Source: Lingula anatina
Taxonomy: Eukaryota; Animalia; Brachiopoda
Assembly: GCA_051362555.1 (NCBI GenBank)
Contig: CM120640.1
Span: 20,894,001 to 20,958,000, forward strand
DNA length: 64,000 bases
Reading direction: 5' to 3'
In this document: positions 47,405 through 60,657 of the stretch, piece after piece
Position numbering within the stretch: the stretch's first letter is position 1
Layout of the letters: each line of letters starts with the position of its first letter
Translations under genes and position numbers: made by a program
Notes under the pieces: generated by a model
What the model saw: only the letters and a program-made list of their open reading frames with translations
Database searches by the model: none
What the model was told of the DNA's origin: nothing

Positions 47405-50400
47405 CTGTAATAGAATTCGAATCATGAAACTTAATAATTCACTTAAACAATTCCAAATAGAAATTTAAAATACATTTGGTTTTTCATTTGAACGAGCGAG
47501 AAAATGTTTAAGCCAACTATTTACTTGCATTATCACAAAACTTCAAATTTTGCTCAAATATTTCATATGCAAAATGCCTTCTGACATTAATTATTAAAAG
47601 CTGTCTAAATAAACATCCTTGAAAATAATATAATTGAAGACCATGGAATTTCCACAATGTGTTACATCACATGTTTGCGATACCAGAAACTAATTTTAAA
47701 CAATTACGTTTTGTGAGATCAACTCTCTTTACAGGGCATGGAGCTGCAGATGATGAAGGATAGGTCTTCTCCATTTTAGCAAATGTTATCCTGCATGGGC
47801 CATCACTATCCAAGAAGTCGTAATAAGGTTTCTTGTCACTGTATGCTTGCTCAATGGCAAGATTTTCCATTGGGGAATATTTGCAAAAGTCCTCTCTGCC
47901 ATCACCACTTATCTGCAGACGAGACCACTGCACTGACCTAGCCATAACTTCAGCCCTTAACTCCTTTTGAACATGATCTCTCACATCTTGAAAGATCCCT
48001 TCAATAACCTGTGTAACTGCATAGATATCTTCTGTAGTGCCCCGGACATGGATGCGCTTTACCCAGGGTTTTATTTCAACCATTATATGCACAGGATAAT
48101 ACTGGTTCAATTCTTGAATTTGTTTGACCTGAATTATTCAAAATATCCATGCATATTTACTATAATGTCCCTTTTTGCATTGCCAATAAAAATAGTTAAT
48201 TCAAAGGGAAGCATGAGAACAATTTTTTAAGTTCACTCTTAAATTTCTTTTTATAAATGCGACATAAAATTTAAATTGAAATCGAAACGTTTTAATCTGA
48301 TACATGTTAAAAGGGCATCCATAGGGAAGCTTTATTAATGAAATTTAGTTTTCATAAAAACAAAAAAATTAACAATGTCTAAGACCCTGCATTTGGGTCT
48401 GATTGCCAAATTTGGAAAAAAAAATTCATGAAATCAAAAAGATAATTTACCTGCTTGTCAGATAATTTTGTTATCATATCAGCATCATCAAAAAGTTTCT
48501 CCTTGCACTGTGACTCACATAATTCATCTATCTTTTTCTGTGCAAGATTAATACTCTCTTTGTTGTCAGAAAAAATGGTAAGAAATATGGACATGGGTTC
48601 TGTCAGTTTAGTTCTTTTCTCCTTCTTCTTTGGTTCTGCTTTTGCTCCAATACCAGTAAGGCTTGCTTTTGCTCCAATACCAGTAAGGCTGGTGAGAATA
48701 CCTGCATAAAAATTAATTATAAATTTTATATGTAATTCAATGTACTGTTCCTTTTAATACTTTTATAGCTTAATTGAAATGTAGAAGTTAAAAATTAACA
48801 TTGTGTTAAACTTAAATTTACTACTAGGACTCCATATGGATAGCGAGTCCAAGTTTAAATTACTATAAGTTTAACAGATCCTTTTATCTTTGTATTAGAT
48901 ACATTAACTGTCAACTAAAAAAATGCAACATTTGCTGTTATTCACCATATTGATTATACATTATACCTGCTCCAGCATCAATCGCATGTTTTATGTATCC
49001 TTTCTTTTCTTTCTTTTTCATTCTTTTACTAAGCTCATCATGGAAGTCTTTCACCATGTTTGACTGAAATATGGTGATACGAATCATTCGCAGATGCTGA
49101 GGGTTGCACTGCTTACTAAATTCTTCAATGGTATCAAACATTACTGTAGCTATTTCCCTAGGTGAAGAGCTCAGTTCCCCTGCAAATTAAGATTTGTAAT
49201 ACAATTTGGGCACTGTGGTACATATTTTGAATTTCAAAAAGATATACATGTAATGAACAATGTAAAGCTGTCAAATAAGCAGATATAAACAAGTGAATGA
49301 CAAAACTGACAGAATCAGTGATATTAAAACTAAAATATAAACAACCAATTTATGGATACAAAGTGTGTTATTATGTCTCCTTCATCCTATTTATCAAACC
49401 ATTGTCCATACTAAGTAAGCAAACAACAGCGTATTGGTGTTATCAAGATTCTTCTCATTTAATTGTTTATAAAGATGATAATTTATATTATTTCGACAAC
49501 TTTTACCTGTTCCTAAAGCAGGAAAGCAAATGGAAGAAAGTTTCATTTCTTCTGCTTTCTTTAGACAGTTTAAGACGGGTTTCTTCCATGCTGATCCAAA
49601 GAGACTTTTTACATGTGGTGCAACAAGATGGATGATATGTTTACAGGGAAGTTGTCCAGCTCCTGTGGCTGCAACACCACTACCACTCTTCATTAATTTA
49701 CCTGGAGGATAGATACTTATGTAAAATTATGATATCACATTCAAATAAATACAACATTGCATAAAATGTTAAACTAGCAAAAATGAATATAATATATGAA
49801 CTACAGGCCCGTAGCCAGGGGGGGTTGGGGGGGGGTCAAAAGAAACGCCCTTTTTGTCAGGAAAAGGTCCTTTCTGGGTAAAATTTGATCTAGGTACACA
49901 AAGGTTTCTTTGGAAAAGGTCCACTTATTCAGAAAAAGAACCCCCCCTTTTGAAATTACTGGCTACGGGCCTGAACTATATGAATTATACTTTGAATTTT
50001 TAAATTACTCATTTCTCTCCATTTTATCACACCAAGTACCCTAAGCTTCATGTCTGATAACTTAATATATCATTTTTAAGCCATTTCCAAGTCTCTCTAT
50101 ATGTATATACAGGTATCAGGACAATTACCCCCAGGCAATTCCCCCCTGGACTATTCCCCCCAGACAATCCCCCCAGACAATCCCCCCCCCCCCCCCCCAA
50201 ACAACATATATTTATATACAAATATAAAGTAAAGAGTACAAAGTTCAAATATTTTCATCCATTTTCTGAATATTTCTCAGTGTGCCTGGGGGGAATAGTC
50301 CGGGGGGGGGGGGGGGGGGGGATTGTCCTAGAATCGTATATACAATAAACCAGTTTGTAACCTAGTGATAGGCTTGCATTGAAAATCATCTCGTGTCAGT

Positions 50401-53400
50401 CCTTCTCCGAAAACCATTTGATTCTTAGATCCCCAGTGGCACAGCAAATGCAATTTCCCATTTTCTGGCTTACCACTGTGCTCATGCCATGGCTTGGCTT
50501 TGAAGAAAAGGCAGATTATATTTGCTGCCTATAGTGAGCTTAGGTCAATCAAGCAGGCCATATGAAAGTATCACCTCATAATTATTGTACCTTAAAGGGA
50601 TAATAACTCTTCGTATGAGATCTATATTTCACAATAAAAACATTGTGAACAACGCATAGAAATATGATAGATTCTGTTGTACCACAAAAACGTCAGTTAT
50701 AGCTTTTATTCTGATATCTGAGCTTGTCTTTAGACCACGTGACCTCCATTGATGGCTATACTCTGTTATAATCTCTTAAGAGATTATAATGAAAAAAAGA
50801 ACTTTTTAGAAAAAAACCAGGGACTAACTTTGAATGTAAAAATGGATTCATTAACCATTGGTAAGTATGGGAAAATTGTTGTTTACTCCAGGAAAATTCA
50901 TTTTTTGGCCAAAACGAAGAGTTATTATCCCTTTAACCTTATATAGTCCATATAGACATATTCTGGTTTGAGCTTAAAATCTTTATAATATATTTGGATT
51001 GTGGCATAAATGTGCATCATACTTTGATGTTTGCATTCATCTAAGATGTCCTGTCCAGCCTTAGCTAGAATTGCCTTAGAAACAGCTCCTGAAATGTCAT
51101 AAAATATTCAACTTAAACTTATACGTTGTAGATGAAATTATCAGTGCTCAAACAACACATCTGCTTAATTATTACATTTAAAGTGGTATACAAAGGCCTA
51201 CTATAACAATGGTTTAATCTGTTGACTTGAAATGCATTTTTGGTCAATGTCCTAGTGAATACAAATAATTTACAACTCAATTCTTCATCCCTTGAGATGA
51301 GTTTGCCATCATCATTATCTTGTTATTCACCTGTACATCATACCTTTACTGAGATCCAGCTCTGCATTGGTACTGTTCACTATGGCATCTGTGGTCTCTT
51401 GGGTTAGATCTCCCTGCTGAACTTGGAGGCTAAGTTTGCCAACCATTGCCATCCTCTGATTTGGTTCACTGCCTGCAACTATGGATCTGTATGAACCAGC
51501 TGAAAATAACATATCTATATGTAACATTTGGATGTAACAGTTTTCACATCAAACTAATAAACAAGTAAGGAAGTTTTTTTTGATATTTTAATGTTTCTAA
51601 ATCAAAGACATTGTCCACATGTAGTTCAATCCAGTTATCAAACTTATCAGTGTACTAGTATGTTATGGGCCATATACAGTACATGTATGTACATATCAAT
51701 AATACATATGTTTTTATGCAATGCTCCAAATAAAACCTTGAGTGTTAAGGTCAAGTTTGTGATAAATATATGTTATTTATATTACATACCAGTATCATCA
51801 TCCTCTATATCTACATCATATTCCACTGAATTCATTGCATGAAATCCTGGTTTCTTCTTAGTTGGACTTGTGGTTACATTCCTTATCTCTGCCTCAAATG
51901 CCTAAAATTAGTGACGTACCAATAAAAACGTTTTTTCACTTATGCACAAGTACATGTTACTACCAGTACATGTAGACAGCAATATAGGGGTAAATATACA
52001 AGAACCATTGTTTAAAGGTGTGAGATTAATGGTCTGGTGGCTAATGGTGCATTTCTACAAGAAAAAATATCACTTAACTGTGAACATTTTACACAATAGA
52101 AATATCTCATTTTGATCTCATATTTACAATTTAGAGAACTGAGCTATTGTATCACCATCCAATTAACTGAATACAAAATTAAAACTCACTGCAATATTTG
52201 CATCATCTTTGTCATATACAACAAAACGTATATCCTTAAGTTTTGTAGTTGGGTTACGTGTTCCAAACTCTGCCACTGCTTGGTACATATCTCTGGCCAC
52301 AACATCCTTAGGAAACCCCAGGTTTCCAGTTCCTACAGCAGGGAGGGAAATAGAAGAAAATCCTGCCTTGGTCGCAGTTTCCAAACAGGTATGAACAAGC
52401 TTAAGCAAAATCTGTAAAGAAAAATATTGCAATGATTTGCAATTGAAATCGGTCAGAGTTAAGTAACCGCTGCTGTTTTTGTTTAATATTTCTTATTCAC
52501 CATCATTTAATTATTTAATAGATAGACAGATAGATAGATAGATAGATATTACAGTTTTACACTTGTAATTCTTAACAGTAACATTTACCAAGTTTTATTT
52601 CATACATGAAATCATGAGATGTAAAGGCTTTGACATTGCATGGTTCTACAGCTCAGAAAAATATATCGACATCACGTATACTTCAGATGAGTTAAGTCAT
52701 TTTATTTGATGGTTTATAAAAATCACATTTCAAGTACAAATTGGAAAATACATATAGCTTTGTAGGACATATGGACATAAAAATACGATTTCAGCGCATA
52801 TTCAAATGTGTATTCTAGTGTATAGAATATCTTCGATGCTGAGATCAGATCAACACCAGACAACTTAACAATACCTTTTCTGCTCCAGTAGATTTCCAGT
52901 TCTCACATGATCCATGGTAGACTGCTTTACATCTAAGCTTCCCTCCATCCGTCTGAACAATATCGCCAAATTCATTGCCATTTGGGGCTTTTTGTTTGCA
53001 TTGATCTTGAAGCACGCGCCCTCCAGCGGTTAGCAGTGATTTTGATACAGCACCATTGTTCATATCAAGGTCTTTCCCAACAGTGTTCACAATAACATCA
53101 ACCTGATGATAAAAAAATATACAAATATATTTTCTTTTGCTTTCAGAAATGCCAGTCCTAGTTCAGGGGCAGGTAGGGGTGGGGTAGTTGCATTAGTGTT
53201 GACAGTTTTATCCTCTCAATTTCAATCATTTTCTAACAGCTAGTGACAACAACCCTGGTAGAATGTATGATTTATGCAAGCTGAATAAAGGTTCTGTAAA
53301 ATATTTGATCTGCAACTTACTTCAACTCAAGCAATTTTACATTCTATATACTCGTAATCCTAATTCTCAATGTTGAGGTAACAACCAAATATGTTAAAGA

Positions 53401-56400
53401 TTTATTACAAATTTATCAAAAATACTGCAAATTTTTGTCTACTTTAGTAAATAGGATAAAATTCTCTCAAACATGCTGCCATTGTGGTTGTTTAATATTG
53501 TCTTACCTGTTCATCTGCAATAGCTCCTTTTACCAAGGTCACCTGCAAGCCCTGACTTGTCTTCACCACTCCTGCCTTCCCTGTCTGATAATACAATGGA
53601 TCAGAATCCGACATCATGATGCTTTCTTCTAACTCTGCATTGATTAAAAAAAAAACTGTTGGTAAATATAAACTTATTCCAGAGTAAAAAGAGGTAGACA
53701 GGAACTGTGATATTTTATGAAAAATAAATATCAATATATATCAAACAATGATGTAAGTCAGATAAACCTTTAAGAAAGACAATAAAGAAAGTGATCTACA
53801 CAGAATTATATATATATTCTACAGACTAAGAACTTTTAAGAAAACAATTCACCATTAAAATCTTCATCCCTTAGAACTTCTGGATCTGTGTATCCTACTG
53901 CACCAACTAAATCATCATCATCGTCATCTTCTTCATCCTCATCTTCATCTTGAGGTGTACCTGGTGTTCTAATCACTCTGATCAGAGCTCTTTTCAAGGC
54001 ATCAATAGTGCTGTCCTCCATGGCCACCAGGTGAATACCTGTCAGTGAACCATGCCTTGTGTTCTTAGAGAAGTCTCGAATGGCTTCACAAATTATTCGC
54101 CCACATTTATGAAGAGGGAATTTATACACCCCAGAACTCAGTGCTGGTAAAGCGATAGACTTTAATCGAAGTGTAGTCGCCTCCTCAAGACAGCCCAAAA
54201 CTGCTTCATATAAAAGATTTTCTTCATTTTTATTGCCTCCTTGCCAAAATGGTCCAACTGCATGAATGACCTTTCCACAATTTTTCAGTTTTCCTGCAGT
54301 AGATGTGAAAACCTGGCCATCCAAAAGAGCTCCACACTTCCTGGTGTACATTTCACACTCTCTCTGGATTTCTTTTCCACCTTTAAACAAATATAAAGAA
54401 GTCCTAAATTTAACTATACGTGTAAAATATATATTACTTTTTATTTTATATTTTATTAGGACTAAAGCAAATTATTCAATAAAAAATAAATAAACAAATA
54501 AAGACAATGATTTCACACTCAATAAGGTCATTAGGATGAAAAAGCAATATTTCATTAAGTTGATACATATCCCATTTTCTCTACAGGGTTTTCTATACAC
54601 TCTATTATCAGGTTTGAAAATTTTAAGATTGGGTCCTAACCTTTATCTAGTATAGCTTTCGCCAGGCCTCCTTTGTGTTGAAGATTTCTATTTGCAGCAT
54701 TAACGATGGCATCAGCTTTGTGCTTTGTAAGATCATCTTGGTAAATTGCCACATTACATCCTTCAACTGTCTTGGTCTCGGCAATCAAGGTGGACTTTGT
54801 TATTGGATTTCTGGCATCTTCTTCCTCTACTGTTTTTGTTTTTTCACTAGATGCAACTGGCTGAGGTAACTCAACAGTGCAGTTACCTTTGTTCTCTAGA
54901 TGGTCTAGAAACTCTCGTCCTCGTTGTGAAATTATATATTTGCGCATGCCAGGTGTGTTTACTTCTTTCACTGTGGAATCAACTTTCTTGGCAAGATCAA
55001 CTACTCTTTGTTCAGCAGCAATCAAACCATCTTCAGTGCCTGTTATAAGGAACCCTGGGTCTGCTGGACTTTCACTAAACTTAACTTTGACTTGATTTCC
55101 AACCAATTCACTTTCAATGTTTCTGAGTTCCTGCTTCTTATGCATTCGAAGAAAACGTACCTTTCCATTCTCCATGCGAAGATATTTTCTATGGATGGTG
55201 TTAGCTCTCAGAAAATCCTGAATTATCTCCAAGAAATTTCCCATTAAATCTTTTGTGGAAACAACAGTGACTGCACTCATGTCATCTTCGGGGAAAATTT
55301 TGAAAAGTCCTGCATGTTGTCTTTCCTGTTCAGTGATGACATCTTTCCATGCTGGAGAACCCACGATGGATCTTGATTCAGCAACTATGGGGAGAGGCGT
55401 TTCGACAAGACTAGCTCTTATGATGGCTTTGGCACGTGCCACCTCATCCTGAGTGGCAGCATACACTGTAATGTCTCTCTCACCTGCTTGCCAGACTGCC
55501 AAAAGTTGTTTCTCTTGAAACAGCCCCACAAGGTGTGCATGGCATGCTTTGGTTGGAATGAGCTCAAGAATATATTTTGACACTGAGAATGCCTCACGTT
55601 GTAATGAATTGTTGATCTCATAAATGGCTATCTTGGCTTGATTTATGTCATCTGGAATCCCAGTCAGCACCACTGCTCCATGATCCAGGTCAATTCTTAT
55701 CTTCAGATTTGGAAACTTGCTTTTTGCAGTGTCAATATATTTAATTGCCAAAAGGTATCGTAGTTCATGTGACATAAAATTCTTCTTTTCTGTAATGGTT
55801 GCAGCTTCACGTTTGATTTCATCATCCACCTGGGCATTAATGCTATGGACATCTTTTGCCACTCTTTGAGCTGTCACTGCTTCCCCAAAAACTCTCAACA
55901 TGTGGTCTTTCTCTTCTATCTGTAGTACAAAGTCATCATTTGATGGCTGGGAGATATTTTTCAACCGTTCAAGTACCCTGTCCCAGGCAGCTTGAAGGAT
56001 GGCAAACTCGCTGTAATAGAAATCTTCTACAAAACATTTTTGCACTGTATTTTCTACATTTGCTCTCCAAGCCTTGGCCAATTTTTGGTAATCTGGCATG
56101 CTGCGGGTAATGGTACAAACCGCAGTGAGAGTGTCCGACTCTTTGCTTGGCCACTGAACTCTGGCATGTATTTTTTCAAACTGCTCATCCACAAGTTGTT
56201 TGTGACGTGGAATGTTGGAGATGAAGTGGATGACTGTCCTATTTAAGCCATGAGGACTCACTGGTGAGGGCAGGGGGAAATATGGCTTGGAGCGGTCATG
56301 GTCTCCAGGGAGAACACCAAGGCACTTGTAGAAAATGGCTGTCCTGCAAACCTTGTCGTTCAGAACTTGTTGTTTTTTGAGGACCTTCTCCACTACTGAA

Positions 56401-59400
56401 ACCATAGAACCCAGGAAATTTGTCAAAATATCAATACTAGTTTTAATAAGAAATATGATAAAAATCATTTGATGCATATTATAAAAAAGCACATGTTAAT
56501 GAAATTAATAACATCAAAAGCATCAAGTGCACCTACCCTCAATATTTTCAAATGTAACTACTGCTGTGTTCATGTCTTGATAAAGTTGGACTGCTTCAAC
56601 AGGTCCCCCATTACTCCGTTTCTGGTTTCCAAAATGGGCTTCTAAGAAATCTCTGCTGACATTTGGGGCCAAATCAAACACTTGGATGCTGTTGGACTGC
56701 GACACTTTTTCCACAGTTAGGTACACACCTTCTATGGTCCTGTCATCACATGCAGTTTTTAATCCCTCAAAATCTGAAGCAAATAAAAGATTTTTTTCAC
56801 AAAGAAAAAGTTTAAAAGTGAAAACCTATTATCCATAATGAGAAGAATATATTCCTAAATACTGTATATTATAGCAAACCATAAAAAAAAAACATTGTTC
56901 AATAAGTTTAAACTTCACACAAAGTAGCTAGAGTAATTCAAGCATGCCAAATTTACTATTAAATAAATTAAGCTGCCAGTCGTTGATCATTCTCAAGCCT
57001 CAAACAATCCCAGACAGCCTCAGTGATCTGGCCCACGTCTGGCCCAGATCTGGCAACGTCTGGCAATGTCTGGCAAAAGGTATGGCTTGCCACATGTGGG
57101 CCAGATGTGGCAATGTCTGGGCCAGATCTGGCCCAGACATTGCCACATCTGGCCCAGTCCACATTTGCTCATATGGCCAGATGTCGGCCCAGATCTGGCA
57201 ATATCTGGCAAATGTATGGCATGCCAGATGTGGGCCAGATATGGGCCAGATCATATTCAAATGGGCCAGATTAGGGCCAGACATGGACCACATATGGCCC
57301 AGATTGTTTTTTTTTATTATTTCACATTTGCTCATGTGGCCAGATCTGGCCCAGATCTGGCAATATCTGGCAAAGGTATGGCATGCCGGATGTGGGCCAG
57401 ATTAGGGCCGGACATGGACCACATATGGCCCAGATTGTTTTTTTTTTTTTCTTTTTTTAATTATTTTTAATTATTCAATAAGATAACTATAAAAAAAGAC
57501 ATACAAGATTCAAGATTCAAGTATTTATTCTGTGCTAAAAGCCTAAACAAAATTATTACACATTATATAACCTTGCTGGCAACTAACATGCAACAAATTA
57601 AGGGCCACTCCTTGTCTTTTTGTACAAAACAATTTGTATGTTTGAAAAAAAAAAAAAAAAAAAAACACACTGCAAAAAGGCAAATATACAGACACTTAAC
57701 AGGAGGAAATGTCACTTACATACATGTAAAGAAAACAGTTATAACAACAATTTTTTTTTCAACACAAAGCTGCTCATCGAATCTGAATTAACACAAATTA
57801 CAAAAATTGTAATTAATTATGCATGTACATGGGGGGGGGGGGGGATTTGAGGGGGAAATATTTTTGCACACCTCAACCTAAATAATATTATACATTGTCA
57901 TTTTTAAACTAATTCAAACATATCATTAATAATAATAATCACTAATGAATATAGTTTTGTAATGAATAAATCTTGAATAATGAATGAAAAAACATTCTTT
58001 TTTAGATGATGGAGAGTTATAACAAAATTATAAATAACCATGCAGTAACTGTTTCAATTCAACTTGCATGCTGGCTACAGTACTGTACATACATGTAAAT
58101 TCTGAAAAAAAAATATGTATACTCCAGCACAGATATAGATGTACAATTAAAAGAGAATTACATGTGCACAAAAACAAACCCCAGTATCAATGCTTTTGAA
58201 TTAAATCACATCACGAATCAAATCACTCAATGAATTGAACCAGTTTGCAATGCTTGCGCTTTTTTCAAATCCATAACACCAAGAAATGATACACCCGCCT
58301 CCTTGACAAGCTTATAATTATTAAAGGAATCAACAATGGAACAAGTAACTCTACCAAGTTAACAAAAGTTCATTCAAATGTCAAGTCCAAACACAACATC
58401 CCTTCCTTTCTTGGAGAGAAACGGTCCTTTCAAAACATGTTAATTGACAGTTCAGTCTTTAAAATGTCTTTTCAAACATTTGCAGAATAGCATATGAACT
58501 CCAACTTTTATTCCTTAAACCACACTGAAAATTCTCAAAACTAATCAACTCATATCAAATCCCATGTCCTTTCACTACTACTGGTCTCTTCCTTTGCTTG
58601 CCTTTACGTCATATTCAAATGTTCCCTTCACTTTTAAAGGTTTCTCAGACGTGTACATGAATAATACTGTTTGTTTTCTGGTCCTCCACAAGAGCCACAT
58701 TTATTTTTCTTGGATTTCAGCATTCTCCATGTATTTTCATCAATGATATAACAATATGCACCTGAATCTGGTAATACACTGAGATTAACACCTCCTCTAT
58801 TTCCTCCATGTCTTCTGTGCATTGGTTCCCACACCAAATGTATATGCACTCCTGGATTTTCATGTTCAAAGCTGTCATTTACATGAATAATAGTTTCAGT
58901 TTTGCAGAGTTTTGCAAAGTGATCCAACGTTCCATGTTTTCTCAGTCAGGGAGTTTCTACTTCGTTTTTCATGTCTAAACTCGTAATGTTTAGACTGGCT
59001 TGGTTTGTCAAATGACTTCAGTTTCATCATACTCAGTTTCTGGTGTTCCAATTTCATTCAAAGCGTTAACTGTCTTATGTATATTCATGTTTCTAACCTG
59101 TGTTTGGGAGAGTCCTGAAAATATCTTGTAAGTTGTACACCTGTCCCTGCTGAATACAACATAAGCGCGCGTCTCCTTTGTCATGTATTTTTAATTTTCT
59201 ATCTTTGTTCATTATTCATGCCGTTCGTTGGTTTTGAAAAGATCAATCTTTTTCCGTCAGCGAAAAGTTTAAACTGTCTAGCCATCGCGTCGAGCGTGAC
59301 CCAATGTCTCCGGACTTCTGTACGGTTCGAATTCCGTAATTTCACATTTTTTCTCCATTTTTTTCAAAGAAACTTGACTCACAGTTTTGCACTAGTGTTT

Positions 59401-60614
59401 ATCCTTGTCGCCAGTGTTGATGCCTTCGAAATAAATCGCACCACGAATCAAATCACTCAACGAAATTGTATCAGTTTGATACGCTTGTGCTTTTTTCATA
59501 TCCATAACTCTAAGAAACGCTACATCCGGGCCCTTGACCGGCTTAGCATAAAAAGCGGAATCTTACAACAGCGGAACGAGTAGTCCAAAAAAGTTTTAGA
59601 TCAGTGAATTCATTCAAATGTCAAGTCAAATTAAACAAATAGCACACTTATGAGGGGACTTTGAAGAAAAAAGAGAGAGATAAATTAAATCAAAATTTAT
59701 CAAATGACGTCAGTTCAATGCATTCAGCTCACTGGTCAATAAAAAATAAATAAATAGAAAATAAAAATTGAAAATGAAAGTACCATATCTGGCCCAAGTC
59801 TGGGCAGCATCTGGCAAAATGTGGCGTAAATGCCAGACTTTGCCAGACTTGGCCCAGATCTGGCAAGTGTCTGGCAAAATGTGGCATAAATGCCAGACTT
59901 TGCCAGACTTGGCCCAGATCTGGCAAGTGTCTGGCAAAATCTGGCCCAGATATTGCCAGACGTTGCCAGATCTGGGCCAGACGTGGGCCAGATTATTGAG
60001 GCTGTCTGGGAATAATTGCCATTTGTAATCTCAAGCCATGGAATAACCAAATGAACAAATCAAACAATAATTTCACATAAAAGAGCATTCCAAAGAACAC
60101 CCTTTTTTGCTGGAAAAAGGTCCCCTTTAGGTAAAATTTTATCCAATTCCACACTTGCATTGATAAACCAGTGGATGGAGATCACAAATGGCTCTTTCAT
60201 CTACAAGGCCTGATTTTTCTATTGAAAATAAGTATAATACCATCTTTCTTATGATTCTAGGACAATTCCCCCCCCGGACAATTCCCCCCGGACTATTCCC
60301 CCCGGACAATTCCCCCCCAGGACAATTCCCCCCTGGACGATTCCCCCCCAAGAAATATCTATTTATACACAAATATACTGTAAAAAGTGTAAAGTTAAAA
60401 ACATTTCATCCATTTTATTAATATTTTTAGTGTAACTAGAGGATCAGAGAGGCGATACCGCCTCTGGATATTGTACCACCAGCTGGAGTAAGCGCATTCT
60501 CATGGAAACCCCGCCCCCCAAAAATGAACACCACCACCAGTCTTGTGCTTGACAAGCTCTATAAAATGCAATAAACAAGAGTTCTCAAAATATGCAAAAA
60601 AATAAAATAAAATA

Positions 60615-60657
<43 letters not shown>

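Noticed and set aside
56944-57470. Overlapping ORFs with WARSGPD-type repeats (also 59710-60050)
   Set aside because: Translations of the 11-bp subterminal repeats of the CACTA-like element, not genes.
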